Positions 51,480-61,087 of a stretch of 64,000 nucleotides of DNA are shown here, one piece after another. Both the position numbers and the translations under genes were made by a program. Positions within the stretch are counted from its first letter, which is position 1, and each line of letters begins with the position of its first letter. The notes under the pieces were generated by a model that saw only the letters and a program-made list of their open reading frames with translations, had not been told where the DNA came from and did not search any database. Source of the DNA: Acidimicrobiales bacterium (lineage in GTDB: Bacteria; Actinomycetota; Acidimicrobiia; Acidimicrobiales; Palsa-688); NCBI GenBank assembly GCA_965276765.1, contig OZ255627.1, positions 2,007,007 through 2,071,006 of the forward strand, read 5' to 3'.

Positions 51480-52952
51480 CTACCGGCGGCGGGCCGGTAC
51501 GCGCCCGAGGACCTCGTCGGACAGGCCGGCGGCGTCTTTCACCATGTCCAAAGGGCCGTCCCAATCAAAGTTCCTGTACACGGCGGCCAGGTGGGCGAAC
51601 GGCGGCGACTGGGCGAAGAGCTGGAAGGTGAGGCGGTGCCCGGCATAGTCGGAGTTGAGCAGGTCCCTGGCGTAGGCGAGGAGCTTGCGGCGGTCGTCGG
51701 CCACCCAGTGCTCGTTCACCGAGTAGTACTTGTCGAGCCACGGCTTGGTCGCCGGGTGCTCGAAGCTGGCCTTGTCCGGGGTGATGCAGATCTGCCCGCC
51801 GCACAGCTCGCGGGCCAGGTGCATCATCTCGTGGAGCTGGGAGCAGGCCAGCACCCGGCCGCTGTAGAGCAACGACTGGTTGGGCATGAGCAGACCGGCC
51901 GGGCTCGGTTCGGCCATGGCGATCGATGCCGTCAGGTGGGCGTTGATGCCTTCCCGGTAGCACGCCAGGGTGGCGAGCTTCTCCTGCACGGCCTGTTGGG
52001 CCTCGAGGCCGGTCTGTTTCACGTTCCAGAGGGCGGCGCCGATCATCAAATCGGCCAGCCGAAGATTGCGCTGAACAAAGGCAAAGGCCGAATATCGATG
52101 CAAGGTGTTGCGGATGAATGTGGCCGCCTTGGTATGCCGGTAGAACAGCACATTGTCCCACGGGATCTCGACATCATCGAATATCACCAGGGCATCGACC
52201 TCGTCGAACCGGTTGGATATAGGGTAGTCGTCGATCGGCTTGGCGCCTGCGAACCCGGTGCGACAGATGAACTTGAGTCCCGATGACGCCATGTCGAGGA
52301 TGAAGCCCACGGCATAGTCGGAAAGGGCGTCGTTGCCCCAGTTGGCGATGGTCGGCTTGGCGAACGCCTGGTTGGCGTAGGCCGCCGCCGTCTCGTACTT
52401 GGCACCCCGCACGACCAGGCCACGATCGGTTTCGCGCACGACGTGGAGGAGCATGTCGGGGTCCTGATCCTGGGGCGCCTTGGAGCGGTCACCCTTGGGG
52501 TCGGTGTTGGCCGACACGTGGAACGGGTCACCGAAGCAGGCGTGATCGATATGGCGCTTGACGTTGGCCGCGAACGTCGGGTCGATCTCGTTGAGGACGT
52601 CCTGGCCGTCGAGCAGCGACCACATCTCGCCGATGGTCTCGTCACCGACGCGGGTGACGACGCCACCGACATCGTCGAGGACGGCGTCGACGGCGGCGCG
52701 CTTGGCGTGCCAGTCCTCGGCCCGGCGGGGCGGCCTCTGGGTGACGGCATTGCGCTCACCGGTGTCGGGGTCGGTGTAGGTCATGACGGCGGCGTGGGCG
52801 TCGTCGTGGGCCATGTCGTAGATGCGAGCCCTGATGTCGACGATGGGCCGGAAGGCGGGATGGGTCGTGACGTCGCGGACCGCCTCGCCGTTGATCCAGA
52901 CCTCACGGCCATCGCGGATCGATTCCCTGTACTCGTCACCAGTGCGAATCAC
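51480..52952 (-). CDS. HpaB-family two-component flavin-dependent monooxygenase, oxygenase component
   Basis: N-terminus 'IRTGDEYRESIRDGREVWINGEAVRDVTTHPAFRP' matches the 4-hydroxyphenylacetate 3-monooxygenase family. GTG start with an 'aggag' RBS; the upstream ORF part is rejected. Confidence 0.85.
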   Translation of the reverse strand: MIRTGDEYRESIRDGREVWINGEAVRDVTTHPAFRPIVDIRARIYDMAHDDAHAAVMTYTDPDTGERNAVTQRPPRRAEDWHAKRAAVDAVLDDVGGVVTRVGDETIGEMWSLLDGQDVLNEIDPTFAANVKRHIDHACFGDPFHVSANTDPKGDRSKAPQDQDPDMLLHVVRETDRGLVVRGAKYETAAAYANQAFAKPTIANWGNDALSDYAVGFILDMASSGLKFICRTGFAGAKPIDDYPISNRFDEVDALVIFDDVEIPWDNVLFYRHTKAATFIRNTLHRYSAFAFVQRNLRLADLMIGAALWNVKQTGLEAQQAVQEKLATLACYREGINAHLTASIAMAEPSPAGLLMPNQSLLYSGRVLACSQLHEMMHLARELCGGQICITPDKASFEHPATKPWLDKYYSVNEHWVADDRRKLLAYARDLLNSDYAGHRLTFQLFAQSPPFAHLAAVYRNFDWDGPLDMVKDAAGLSDEVLGRVPARRR

Positions 52953-53007
52953 GTGGCTGCTCCTGAAGGAATTGAGGGGAAAGGGGGCCCCGTGGCGGCG
53001 GCTCGGT

Positions 53008-53505
53008 TCACGCGACCAGAGGGGCGTGGCGGCCGTAGGTCCTACCGGCGTAGGCGAGAGGATCGTCAAGACCGCGCACGCACGAATCGACCACGCCGAA
53101 GAGCACCCGGTGAGTGCCCGAGTCGGCCGTGCGCTCGAGCCGACAGTCGAAGGCGGACGCGGCGCCGGCGAGCACGGGCGCCCCGCCACCGAGATCCTCC
53201 CACTCGCCGCAGGCGAAGTCGTAAGATGCGCCGCTCGTGGGGCGCCCGGCGAAGGTGTCGGCCACGTGGGCCTGGCCGGCGGCGAGCACGTTGACAGCGA
53301 AGCGGCGGTTGGTCTCGACGGCGACGAGGAGCGGGCTGCGGCGGTTGACGCAGACGAGCAGCGTGGGGGGTTGGGCCGAAACCGAGCACATGGCGCTCAC
53401 CGTCTGGCCGAAGCGCCCGGCCGGCCCTTCGGTGGTCACGACCGTCACGCCGGTGACGGCACCAGCCATCGACTGCAGATAGTCACCCAACGCCACGTCG
53501 GCCAT
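53008..53505 (-). CDS. NAD(P)H-flavin reductase (HpaC/RutF-like flavin reductase domain)
   Basis: 'SMAGAVTGVTVVTTEG...GQTVSAMCSVSAQPP' matches the flavin-reductase-like domain. Start taken at 'MADVALGDY'. Confidence 0.8.
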   Translation of the reverse strand: MADVALGDYLQSMAGAVTGVTVVTTEGPAGRFGQTVSAMCSVSAQPPTLLVCVNRRSPLLVAVETNRRFAVNVLAAGQAHVADTFAGRPTSGASYDFACGEWEDLGGGAPVLAGAASAFDCRLERTADSGTHRVLFGVVDSCVRGLDDPLAYAGRTYGRHAPLVA

Positions 53506-53624
53506 GGCTCGATTATCGAGCCCGGCGGCGTCCTTGTAAAACGGTGGTTTGTGCCCTTGTGCATCGCCTGAGCCGATGTTCCTCGACCGTGGGCGCTGGC
53601 CGGTCACGATGGCGCCGCGGCCGG

Positions 53625-55070
53625 TCAGGCCGGAACGCCGTCGGCGTCGGTCACGGGCTCGGCGATCGTTCGCTCGGTACGTCTCCTTGTGGCGAGCAGG
53701 TAGACGGGCACGGTTACCGCCAGTCCGACGAGCCAGGAGATGTCGGTGTTGATCCTGCTAGCGACCGGGCCCACGTAGAGCCCCGGGGTGTCCATGAACG
53801 GGATCTCGACGACGATCCCGAGCAGGTACACGGCGAGGGCGACGATGTCGACCCGACCGTAGATACCGCCATCGGAGCGGAAGAACGACGCCACGTCGTA
53901 GTGCCCCTTGCGGACCACGTAGAAGTCGAGGAGGTTGATGGCCGTCCACGGGATCAGAAGGTAAAAGAGCAGCAGGACGAAGTTGTTGTAGTCGGCGAGG
54001 AAGTTGCCCTGGACGACGACGGCGATGATGACGGCGACAACCATGATGGCCGCAGAGATGGCCGCTCTGGTCCGTGCCCCCGGGCGCAGCGACGATTTGA
54101 AGGTCTGGCCGAAGGTGATGGTGCAGAGCATCCCGCCGTACAGGTTGAGGGCGTTGGTGTTGGTGATCCCGATGAAGAAGATGATCATCAGCAACCAGCC
54201 GACGCCGCCGGTCAGTCGATGCAGGGCACCCACCTGATCGGAAGCGGCAAGCAGACCCACGAGGGCGCCAAGGATCATGGGGATGATGCTGCCGATGTTG
54301 CATCCCCAATACGACATCCAAAACGTCGAGGAGATCCTGCTGTCGGGCTTCATGTACCGGCTGTAGTCCGAAACGTAGGGCGCGTAGGCGATCTGCCAGA
54401 GGGCGCCGATCGAGACCATGCCGAGGAATCCGGCGAACGTGTAGCCGCCGCCGTTGAGCTGCTTGGTGCTGATCCCATGGATGGCGGGAACGGCGATGAA
54501 GGCGATGATGAGGGAAGCGACGGCGACCGGTACCAGGTAGCGGTTGATCTTGTGGATCAGGTCGTAGCCGACGGTCGTGATGACCAGGCTGATGGCGGCG
54601 CAGATTATGGCGCCGACGTCGACGCCGATGGACGAGTCGAGGGCGTGGAGCGACTGGCCGCCGAGCACCAGATTGGACGTGGCGAAGCCGACGTACATCA
54701 CGATGGCGATGGCGACGACGAGGGTGGCGCCGATGTAGCCGAACTGGCCGCGGCTCTGGATCATCTGCGGGACACCGAGGCGTGGGCCCTGCGCCGAGTG
54801 CAGGGCCATGAGAAAGGCGCCGAGCGAGTTGCCGACGACGATGGCGGCGATCGCCCACGGCAACGAGAGCCCGTAGACGGCGGTCGCCAGGGCACCGGTC
54901 ACGAAGGTCAGCGGCATGACGTTGGAGCTGAACCAGATCGTGAACAGGTCCCTTGGGGACCCGTGCCGATCGGCGAGCGGGATCGGGGTGATGGTGTAGC
55001 GCTCCACCACGGCGGGGACGGCGTCCTCGGTCGTTGCCACGACTGCACCTCCGGCTCGGGCGCCCCACAT
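53625..55070 (-). CDS. NCS1-family nucleobase:cation symporter (cytosine/uracil/allantoin/hydantoin permease-like)
   Basis: 12 TM helices. 'RDLFTIWFSSN' and 'QMIQSRGQFGYIG' are typical of the NCS1 family. Confidence 0.8.
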   Translation of the reverse strand: MWGARAGGAVVATTEDAVPAVVERYTITPIPLADRHGSPRDLFTIWFSSNVMPLTFVTGALATAVYGLSLPWAIAAIVVGNSLGAFLMALHSAQGPRLGVPQMIQSRGQFGYIGATLVVAIAIVMYVGFATSNLVLGGQSLHALDSSIGVDVGAIICAAISLVITTVGYDLIHKINRYLVPVAVASLIIAFIAVPAIHGISTKQLNGGGYTFAGFLGMVSIGALWQIAYAPYVSDYSRYMKPDSRISSTFWMSYWGCNIGSIIPMILGALVGLLAASDQVGALHRLTGGVGWLLMIIFFIGITNTNALNLYGGMLCTITFGQTFKSSLRPGARTRAAISAAIMVVAVIIAVVVQGNFLADYNNFVLLLFYLLIPWTAINLLDFYVVRKGHYDVASFFRSDGGIYGRVDIVALAVYLLGIVVEIPFMDTPGLYVGPVASRINTDISWLVGLAVTVPVYLLATRRRTERTIAEPVTDADGVPA

Positions 55071-55205
55071 CGCGCCGTGAGAAACGAACGTAGAAGGAAT
55101 GGCGGGCGATGTAAATACGGATTGACGGTGAAGAGGATCGGAGGAGGCGATCCAAGGCGCCTGCGCCGTTCACACTGTTTCGGGGCCGTGAACTCCCCCG
55201 GCTCG

Positions 55206-56846
55206 TCAGGCCTTCCTGTGGACGTTGACGCCGCCCACCCACGTCTGGTCGACGCCCACCTCGGCGAGCTCGCCGTCGTCGATGGTCGGGAGGTCGCGGT
55301 CGAGGACAACGAGATCGGCCAGCTTGCCCGCCTCGATCGTCCCGGTGGCGGCGTCGATGCCATTGACCCAGGCGCTGCCACGTGTGTAGGCATCGAGGGA
55401 GACCTCACGGGCCAGGGCCTGCTCGGGCAGCCACGGCTCGGCGTCGATGTCGATCCGTCTTCGGTTGACGGCAACGTGGATGGCCGCCATCGGGTCGGGG
55501 CTGCTCACGTTCCAGTCGCTGCCGGCCGCCAGGTGGGCGCCGTGGGCGTGGAGGGCGCCGAAGGGAAAGCACCACCCCGTGCGCTCGGGGCCGAGCTTGG
55601 GGATCTTGAACTCGTCGATCTGCGGCTCGTGGGTCGCCCACAGCGACTGGATGTTGGCGGTGACGCCGAGCTCGGCGAACCGGCCGAGGTCGTCGGGATG
55701 CACCACGTCGACGTGGGCGATCTGGTGGCGGCCTGCGCTGCATCCGTTGGTTGCCCTGGCCGCAGCTACGGCGTCGAGGCCGAGACGCACGGCCCGGTCA
55801 CCGCAGGCGTGGAAGTGGACGGAGAACCCGGCGGCATCGAGGCTGGTAACTCGCATATCCAGCTCCGGGCCCTCGAGGAAGGCGGCGCCAGAGTCGTCGG
55901 TCCCACAGTAGGGATGCAGCATGGCCGCCGTCTCCGTCTCGACCATGCCATCGAGCATGATCTTCACGACCGTCGGGGCAAAGCGGTCCCGCCCCGATGT
56001 AGCCCTGAGGTCGATGAGCTCTTCGACCTGCTCGGCGCCCCTCCGGCGGTCCCACCACAGCGCCCCGACGACACGAGCCGTGAGCAGTCCCTTCTCGGCG
56101 GCGTCGATGTAGGTAGGGAGGGGGCTGCGCCAGCCGAGGTAGTCGCCGATGATGGCGTCCTGCCAGGCCGTGACCCCAACCGAGTGCAGGAACCGTTGCG
56201 CCACAAGAAGGCCTTCCAGGCGTTCGGAGTCGCTCAGGACCGGGAGCAGCGGGGTGAAGAGGTCACAGGCCCCCTCGTGGAGGAGGCCGGTCGGGGCGCT
56301 GTCGGGGTCACGTTCGAAGCGGCCGTCGCCGGGATCAGGTGTGGCGGCGTCGAAACCGGCCCGCTGGAGGGCGGCCGAGTTGACCCAGGCGCCGTGGCCG
56401 TCGGCGTTGGCCAGGAAAACGGGCCGGTCGGCCACGACCCGGTCGAGCAGCTCACGGCGCGGCTTGCCCCCGGGAAAGGCATCCATCATCCACCCCGCAC
56501 CCACGATCCACGCCTCCTCGGGGTGGGATGTGGCGTGGGCGGCGACCGCAGCCAGGTACTCATCGACACCGGTGCGGTCGTCGAGACTGCAGTGCAGCAG
56601 GTCGATGCCGGCAAAGGCCGGGTGCACGTGGGCGTCTTGGAACCCGGGGGAGATCGTCTTGCCGGCCAGGTCGACCACCTCGGTGGTCCTGGCCCGCCAG
56701 GAGCGCAGCTCTCGGGCCGTTCCGACGGCGACGATCCGTTCGCCTCGTACGGCCACGGCCTCGGCGCCTGGGACGGCCCGTCCCGCTGACATCACCCGTC
56801 CACCCGTGAACAGCACGGTCGCCTCGTCGGCCGCCCCGGTCGTCAC
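55206..56846 (-). CDS. Amidohydrolase-3 (YtcJ-like) metal-dependent hydrolase
   Basis: 'GFQDAHVHP' and 'HACGD...HQIAHVD' are amidohydrolase metal-ligand motifs. GTG start overlapping the LysR stop. Confidence 0.8.
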   Translation of the reverse strand: MTTGAADEATVLFTGGRVMSAGRAVPGAEAVAVRGERIVAVGTARELRSWRARTTEVVDLAGKTISPGFQDAHVHPAFAGIDLLHCSLDDRTGVDEYLAAVAAHATSHPEEAWIVGAGWMMDAFPGGKPRRELLDRVVADRPVFLANADGHGAWVNSAALQRAGFDAATPDPGDGRFERDPDSAPTGLLHEGACDLFTPLLPVLSDSERLEGLLVAQRFLHSVGVTAWQDAIIGDYLGWRSPLPTYIDAAEKGLLTARVVGALWWDRRRGAEQVEELIDLRATSGRDRFAPTVVKIMLDGMVETETAAMLHPYCGTDDSGAAFLEGPELDMRVTSLDAAGFSVHFHACGDRAVRLGLDAVAAARATNGCSAGRHQIAHVDVVHPDDLGRFAELGVTANIQSLWATHEPQIDEFKIPKLGPERTGWCFPFGALHAHGAHLAAGSDWNVSSPDPMAAIHVAVNRRRIDIDAEPWLPEQALAREVSLDAYTRGSAWVNGIDAATGTIEAGKLADLVVLDRDLPTIDDGELAEVGVDQTWVGGVNVHRKA

Positions 56847-57862
56847 GGTCGTTGTCCCGCCGCTCGCGACTCCCGCGACGGGGCGCCCGGCGTTGGCAAC
56901 GAGGCGATAGCAGGGACCACCTGGCGGCACACCTCGGCGAAGGCGGCGGCGCGAGTCGTGGGGCGCACACCTCGTGCCGTGCCGAGAACGATGGGCAGGG
57001 GAGCCAGATCGTCGAGCAGGTTCACCGCCGCCACCGTTCCACCGTCGTAGGTCCTATCGGTGAGCGGCCGCTGGTTGAGGATGGTGTAGCCGAACCCACG
57101 CGCCACGAGGGCCCGGACCGTCTCGTAGCTCGTCGAACGGAAGCCGATTCGGGGGGCGAAGCCACCCCGTTCGGCAAGGGACTGAAAGTACTCACGCGAA
57201 TGAGGGAGGTCCAGCAGGACCATGGGCTCTCCGGCGACATCGCCGAGGTGGGCGCCGCGGGCACCGGCGAGGCGGTGCTCGGCCGAGACGAGGAGGTAGG
57301 GAGGGGCACCGGCGAGAAAGTCGATTTCGACGTCGTCGCCGAGGTCCATGTCGTAGAGCAGGGCCAGCTCGCACCGCCCCTCGATGAGGGCCCGCCGCAG
57401 CGACTCGGTCTCACCCTCGATGGTCTCGATACCGACGCGGGGCTGAGCCACGGCGAAGGCGTGCAGGAGGCCGGGAAGGTAGAAGGGTGCAAGCGGGCCG
57501 AAGCACCCGACCGTCACCCGGCCGGCAAGGGAGCCCCCGAGGCTCTTGGCCGTGTCACCGAGGTCGGCGGCGTGGGCCAAAAAGGCCCTGGCATCACGCA
57601 GAAACAGCTCCCCGGCCCTCGTCAGCGATAACCCGCGGGCGTGATGGCGGACGAGGAGCTGCACACCGAGCTGGCGCTCGAGCAGCGCCGTCGCCGTCGA
57701 CACAGCCGACTGCGAGACGAGCAGCCGACGGGCGGCGTCGGTCATGCTGGCCGCCTCGGCCGCGGCGACGAAGTACCTGAGCTGGGTGAGCGTGAATGGT
57801 GGTTCGGGGGCGGGAGTCACGCTCGACCTGGAGGGGAGCCGGCCACGTCCGGAAGTATCCAT
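56843..57862 (-). CDS. LysR-family transcriptional regulator
   Basis: N-terminal HTH 'LTQLRYFVAAAEAASMTDAARRLLVSQSAVSTATALLE' plus a LysR substrate-binding domain. Confidence 0.8.
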   Translation of the reverse strand: MDTSGRGRLPSRSSVTPAPEPPFTLTQLRYFVAAAEAASMTDAARRLLVSQSAVSTATALLERQLGVQLLVRHHARGLSLTRAGELFLRDARAFLAHAADLGDTAKSLGGSLAGRVTVGCFGPLAPFYLPGLLHAFAVAQPRVGIETIEGETESLRRALIEGRCELALLYDMDLGDDVEIDFLAGAPPYLLVSAEHRLAGARGAHLGDVAGEPMVLLDLPHSREYFQSLAERGGFAPRIGFRSTSYETVRALVARGFGYTILNQRPLTDRTYDGGTVAAVNLLDDLAPLPIVLGTARGVRPTTRAAAFAEVCRQVVPAIASLPTPGAPSRESRAAGQRP

Positions 57863-57985
57863 CGCCCGTCGGCATTGGTAAAGGACAACTTCTCGGCTCC
57901 GAAGGCCGGTGGCGTTGATGCAGGCGGCGGCCGCCCCCCGCCTCTCTCGTTAGGCGTTTGGCCTTTGGGCCTTACGGGCCAGGGT

Positions 57986-58222
57986 TCAGCTCGCCAGGCG
58001 CCGTTCGCCGAGGATCGAGCGGATCTCCTCGGTCTCCTGGGACGTGTGGCGGTCCATGATCGCCTCGAGCTCTCGGCGGTCGTTGTCGCTGCGGTACTGG
58101 GCCAGCTCGGAGCGCAGCCGGCGGCGCGCCTTGCGGGCGGCACGCTGGGTTCGAAACTCGTCGCGGATCGCCGCGAAGAGGGGAGTGATGGAAGCGTCGT
58201 TGGTCATAGAGTCGTTGGTCAT
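57986..58222 (-). CDS. Small hypothetical protein (78 aa)
   Basis: Protein-like composition with a duplicated 'MTND' start. No family recognised. Confidence 0.35.
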   Translation of the reverse strand: MTNDSMTNDASITPLFAAIRDEFRTQRAARKARRRLRSELAQYRSDNDRRELEAIMDRHTSQETEEIRSILGERRLAS

Positions 58223-58546
58223 GAGGGCGCCCTTTCTCGAGGGAATGGCACGCGCCGAACCAGGTCGTCCGGATCGCTCCCGCCGCCGGTGAAGGACATC
58301 GCCGGACCCTGGAGGCCGCAGCGGGCTAGCGGGGGTGGCCGGGCGCAGTGCAGATGGCCGAGGCAGTCGACCTGGCCCGATCGCATGTGATTACTTTCTC
58401 AAGCATAGCGGATCGGTGGTCGGTCCGGAAGCGACATCGGTCACCTGGCGTCTGCCGGCCGGGTTCAGGGAGTGGCGGGGACGAGGCTTGAGACGTGATG
58501 GCGTCCGGTATGCGACAGCTCCCGACCGTTGGCCTCGGGCGCCATT

Positions 58547-59119
58547 TCAGGCCGGTGGCGCTTTCGGGCGGGAACGCGTGCCGTCGAGTGGGATGATCCG
58601 GTGCTCGATCAGCACCCCATCGGCGATTCGTAGCTCGCCGATGGTGTGAACCGGCTGCGCTCGGCGCTGGGTCGGCGAGCCGGGGTTGAAGAGGAGCTGG
58701 CCGCCATCGCCCTGCTCGTTCATCGGCGCATGACTGTGACCGAAGACGACGACATCGGCGTCGGGGAAGCGGCGCCGCATCCGGGCGGCGCGGCCGGTCG
58801 ACGGCCCGCTGTCATGGATCATCCCGATCCGCACACCGCCGAGCTCGACCACCCGGGTCGTTGGCAGTAGTCCCGCCAGCGACAGGTCGTTGTTGCCGAG
58901 CACGGCGTGGACCGGTGCCTCCTCGCGCAGCAGATCGAGGACACCGGCGTCGAGGATGTCGCCGGCGTGGAGGATGGCGTCGGCACCACGCATCTGAGCC
59001 CGGGCCGCCTCCGGTAGGAGGCGAGGGGGCTGGCGTCCTCCCGGCGGAGCAGTCCGCAGGTGGGTGTCGGCGAGCACCACGACCCGAACGATGCCCGCCG
59101 ACGAACGTCCTCGGGCCAT
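58547..59119 (-). CDS. YfcE-like metallophosphoesterase (MJ0936 family)
   Basis: 'VLADTHL', 'HAGDI', 'GNND' and 'VVFGHSH' are the calcineurin-like phosphoesterase motifs. Start at 'MARGRSS'; the upstream Arg-rich ORF part is rejected. Confidence 0.7.
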   Translation of the reverse strand: MARGRSSAGIVRVVVLADTHLRTAPPGGRQPPRLLPEAARAQMRGADAILHAGDILDAGVLDLLREEAPVHAVLGNNDLSLAGLLPTTRVVELGGVRIGMIHDSGPSTGRAARMRRRFPDADVVVFGHSHAPMNEQGDGGQLLFNPGSPTQRRAQPVHTIGELRIADGVLIEHRIIPLDGTRSRPKAPPA

Positions 59120-59139
59120 GCTCGCCAGGATAGGGGCGG

Positions 59140-59335
59140 TGGCATCGGGCTCGACCGTCAGGTACGGTGAGGCCTTCGGTGCGATTCCGAGATGGGCAGT
59201 GAGAGCCTGCCGGTCCCGTCGCTGACGGGACAATCCGGTGCGATCCCGGGGCCACGCGGTGACATCCCGCTGGTGAGACCGACGCGTGGTCCGTCTCTTC
59301 TGTCCAGTTGATGGCCGGCGCCGCCGGTCCGACAC
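59140..59335 (+). ncRNA. Candidate FMN riboswitch (RFN element) in the ribE-ribB leader
   Basis: Leader contains 'GGTGCGATTCC' (cf. GGTGAAATTCC), 'GAGAGCCTGCCGG' (cf. AGAGCCCGCGAGC) and 'GGTGCGATCCCGGGGCC...GGTGACATCCCGCTGGTGAGACCGAC' (cf. GGTGGATTCAG...GCCGACAGTGAAAGTCCGGATGGGAGA). Match is by eye only, no covariance model run. Confidence 0.45.
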
Positions 59336-59346
59336 AGGAGGTCGCA

Positions 59347-60567
59347 GTGTTCACCGGAAGGATCATCGAGGTCGGTGTCGTCGTGGAAGTCGATGGCGAT
59401 CGTGTTGCCGTTCGGGCCGTGAAGACGGTGGGATCGTTGCACGCTGGTGCGTCGATCTCGGTCTCAGGCGTCTGTCTGACCGTGACGGCCGTGCGGCCGG
59501 ACGGCTTCGAGGCGGCGCTTTCGCAAGAGACCTCACGCCGCTCGATGCTCGGGGAGCTCGAGACGGGCGCAGAGGTCAACCTGGAGTTGCCGCTGCGGGT
59601 TGGGGACCCGCTCGACGGTCACCTCGTCCAGGGTCATGTGGATGCGGTCGGCAAGGTCGTCCGCATCGATGATGAGGGGATCGGCCGGAGGCTGTGGGTC
59701 CGACCGCCGACCCGGTTGCTCGCCGACCTGGTACCGAAGGGGTCGGTGGCGCTCGACGGGGTGAGCCTGACCGTCGCCGAGGTGGTCCGTGACCGCTTCT
59801 CGGTGGCGTTGATCCCGGCGACGCTCGCCGCGACCACCCTCGCGGCGGTGACCGTCGGGCAGCGAGTGAACCTGGAGTCCGATCTGGTCGGCAAGCTGGC
59901 CCGGGATCAGGGGCCTTCGACGGCTCCGGCGCTCGCCGCCGTGGTCAATGGCATGCCGTGGTCTGGACACCTTTCGGGACGGGCCGGGGTCGAGAAGGCG
60001 GTGGCGCAGGTGGCCTCCGGCGGGGCCATCATGATCTGGGATCCCGTTCGTGAGGGAGAAGTCGACGTCATGCTCGCCGGGGCGCGCCTGCAGCCCGAAG
60101 CCATCCGGTTCCTGCTCACCGAGGCGTGCGGGCACACGACCGTCCCGTGCGACGCCGACCGTCTCCGGCGGTTGGAGATCCCGCCGCTCGGCGGCTCCGG
60201 TGACCACCACGGCACCGCTCCCCATCTGCCCGTCGATCTGGCCGAGTCGACCGGCACCGGGGTGTCGGCCTTTGACAGGGCGGCGACGATCCGCCGCCTC
60301 GCTCACCCCAACGCTGTTGCCGACGACTTCCTGCGGCCCGGGCACGTGTTCCCGCTTGGCGCCAGGCCCGGAGGGCTCGCCGAGCGGGCCGGGCACACCG
60401 AGTCATCCCTTGCGCTGTGCGAAGCGGCCGGCCTCCCTACGGTGGCAGTCATCTGTGAGGTCATGGGTGCCGACGGGACCATGGCCGGCGCCGGCGAGGC
60501 GGAACGCTTCGCCCTGCGCTGGGGACTGCCCCTCGTCGACATCGACGACCTCTGCGCCTGGCTGTAG
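59347..60567 (+). CDS. Riboflavin synthase (RibE/RibC alpha chain) fused to 3,4-dihydroxy-2-butanone-4-phosphate synthase (RibB)
   Basis: GTG start with a 'ggagg' RBS gives 'MFTGRIIEVG', the riboflavin synthase N-terminus with two lumazine-binding repeats. The C-terminal ~215 aa 'GGAIMIWDPVREGEVDVMLAG...' is DHBP-synthase-like. Confidence 0.75.
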   Translation: MFTGRIIEVGVVVEVDGDRVAVRAVKTVGSLHAGASISVSGVCLTVTAVRPDGFEAALSQETSRRSMLGELETGAEVNLELPLRVGDPLDGHLVQGHVDAVGKVVRIDDEGIGRRLWVRPPTRLLADLVPKGSVALDGVSLTVAEVVRDRFSVALIPATLAATTLAAVTVGQRVNLESDLVGKLARDQGPSTAPALAAVVNGMPWSGHLSGRAGVEKAVAQVASGGAIMIWDPVREGEVDVMLAGARLQPEAIRFLLTEACGHTTVPCDADRLRRLEIPPLGGSGDHHGTAPHLPVDLAESTGTGVSAFDRAATIRRLAHPNAVADDFLRPGHVFPLGARPGGLAERAGHTESSLALCEAAGLPTVAVICEVMGADGTMAGAGEAERFALRWGLPLVDIDDLCAWL

Positions 60568-60886
60568 ACCGCGGCCGGGGGCCCGTCGTGGCGGTCTACC
60601 GCTCGACGTTCAAGGCCACGCGGGCCTGCTGGGCGATGGCCGGATAGCTGTTGTCGAGGTAAGCCCAGAGAGCAGCGAGCTGTCCGGCTGCGTCCGGCGG
60701 CTTCTCCGCCGTGGGTCCTTCGGCCACGATCATGACCGTAGCGTCGAGATCGGGTCGTTCCTAGTGAACTCTTCGGGCTCCCAGGACTCTTCGTGTCCAT
60801 GTAGACCAACACCGGGTGTCTCCCGCCCGCCGGCAAAAGAATCTGGAGGTTGGAAGCCGATGCTGTGGCCGCACCATGCCACCGAA

Positions 60887-61087
60887 TCATCGGCGCCGAT
60901 GAAAGTGGGCTAGGTGCTCGATGGCGCCGCGGCTGCCCAGGACTGGGCTCTCTATCGACCCATGCAACAGCCACCCGCACCGATCGAGTCCGGCGGCCGC
61001 GAGCTCGACCGCCTTGTGCCGGAGGCCGGGATCGGATGGGGGCACGGCCAGACCGAGCTCGTACATCGGCTTGACGAGGACTAGCCC
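60887..61087 (-). pseudogene. tlyA: tlyA (rRNA 2'-O-methyltransferase/hemolysin A family), 3' fragment separated by IS insertion
   Basis: Encodes '...VLVKPMYELGLAVPPSDPGLRHKAVELAAAGLDRCGWLLHGS...'; 'LVKPQFE'-like motif. Its frame joins exactly to the 5' fragment once the IS and one TSD copy are removed. Confidence 0.7.

Noticed and set aside
53544-56789. 1081-aa plus-strand ORF across the NCS1 and amidohydrolase region
   Set aside because: Gly/Asp/Arg-rich antisense of two well-supported minus-strand genes.
60597-60737. 46-aa minus-strand ORF 'MIVAEGPTAEKPPDAAGQLAALWAYLDNSYPAIAQQARVALNVER' right after the ribE-ribB terminator hairpin
   Set aside because: Too short and without recognisable family or RBS. 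It could be a remnant, but this is not supportable.
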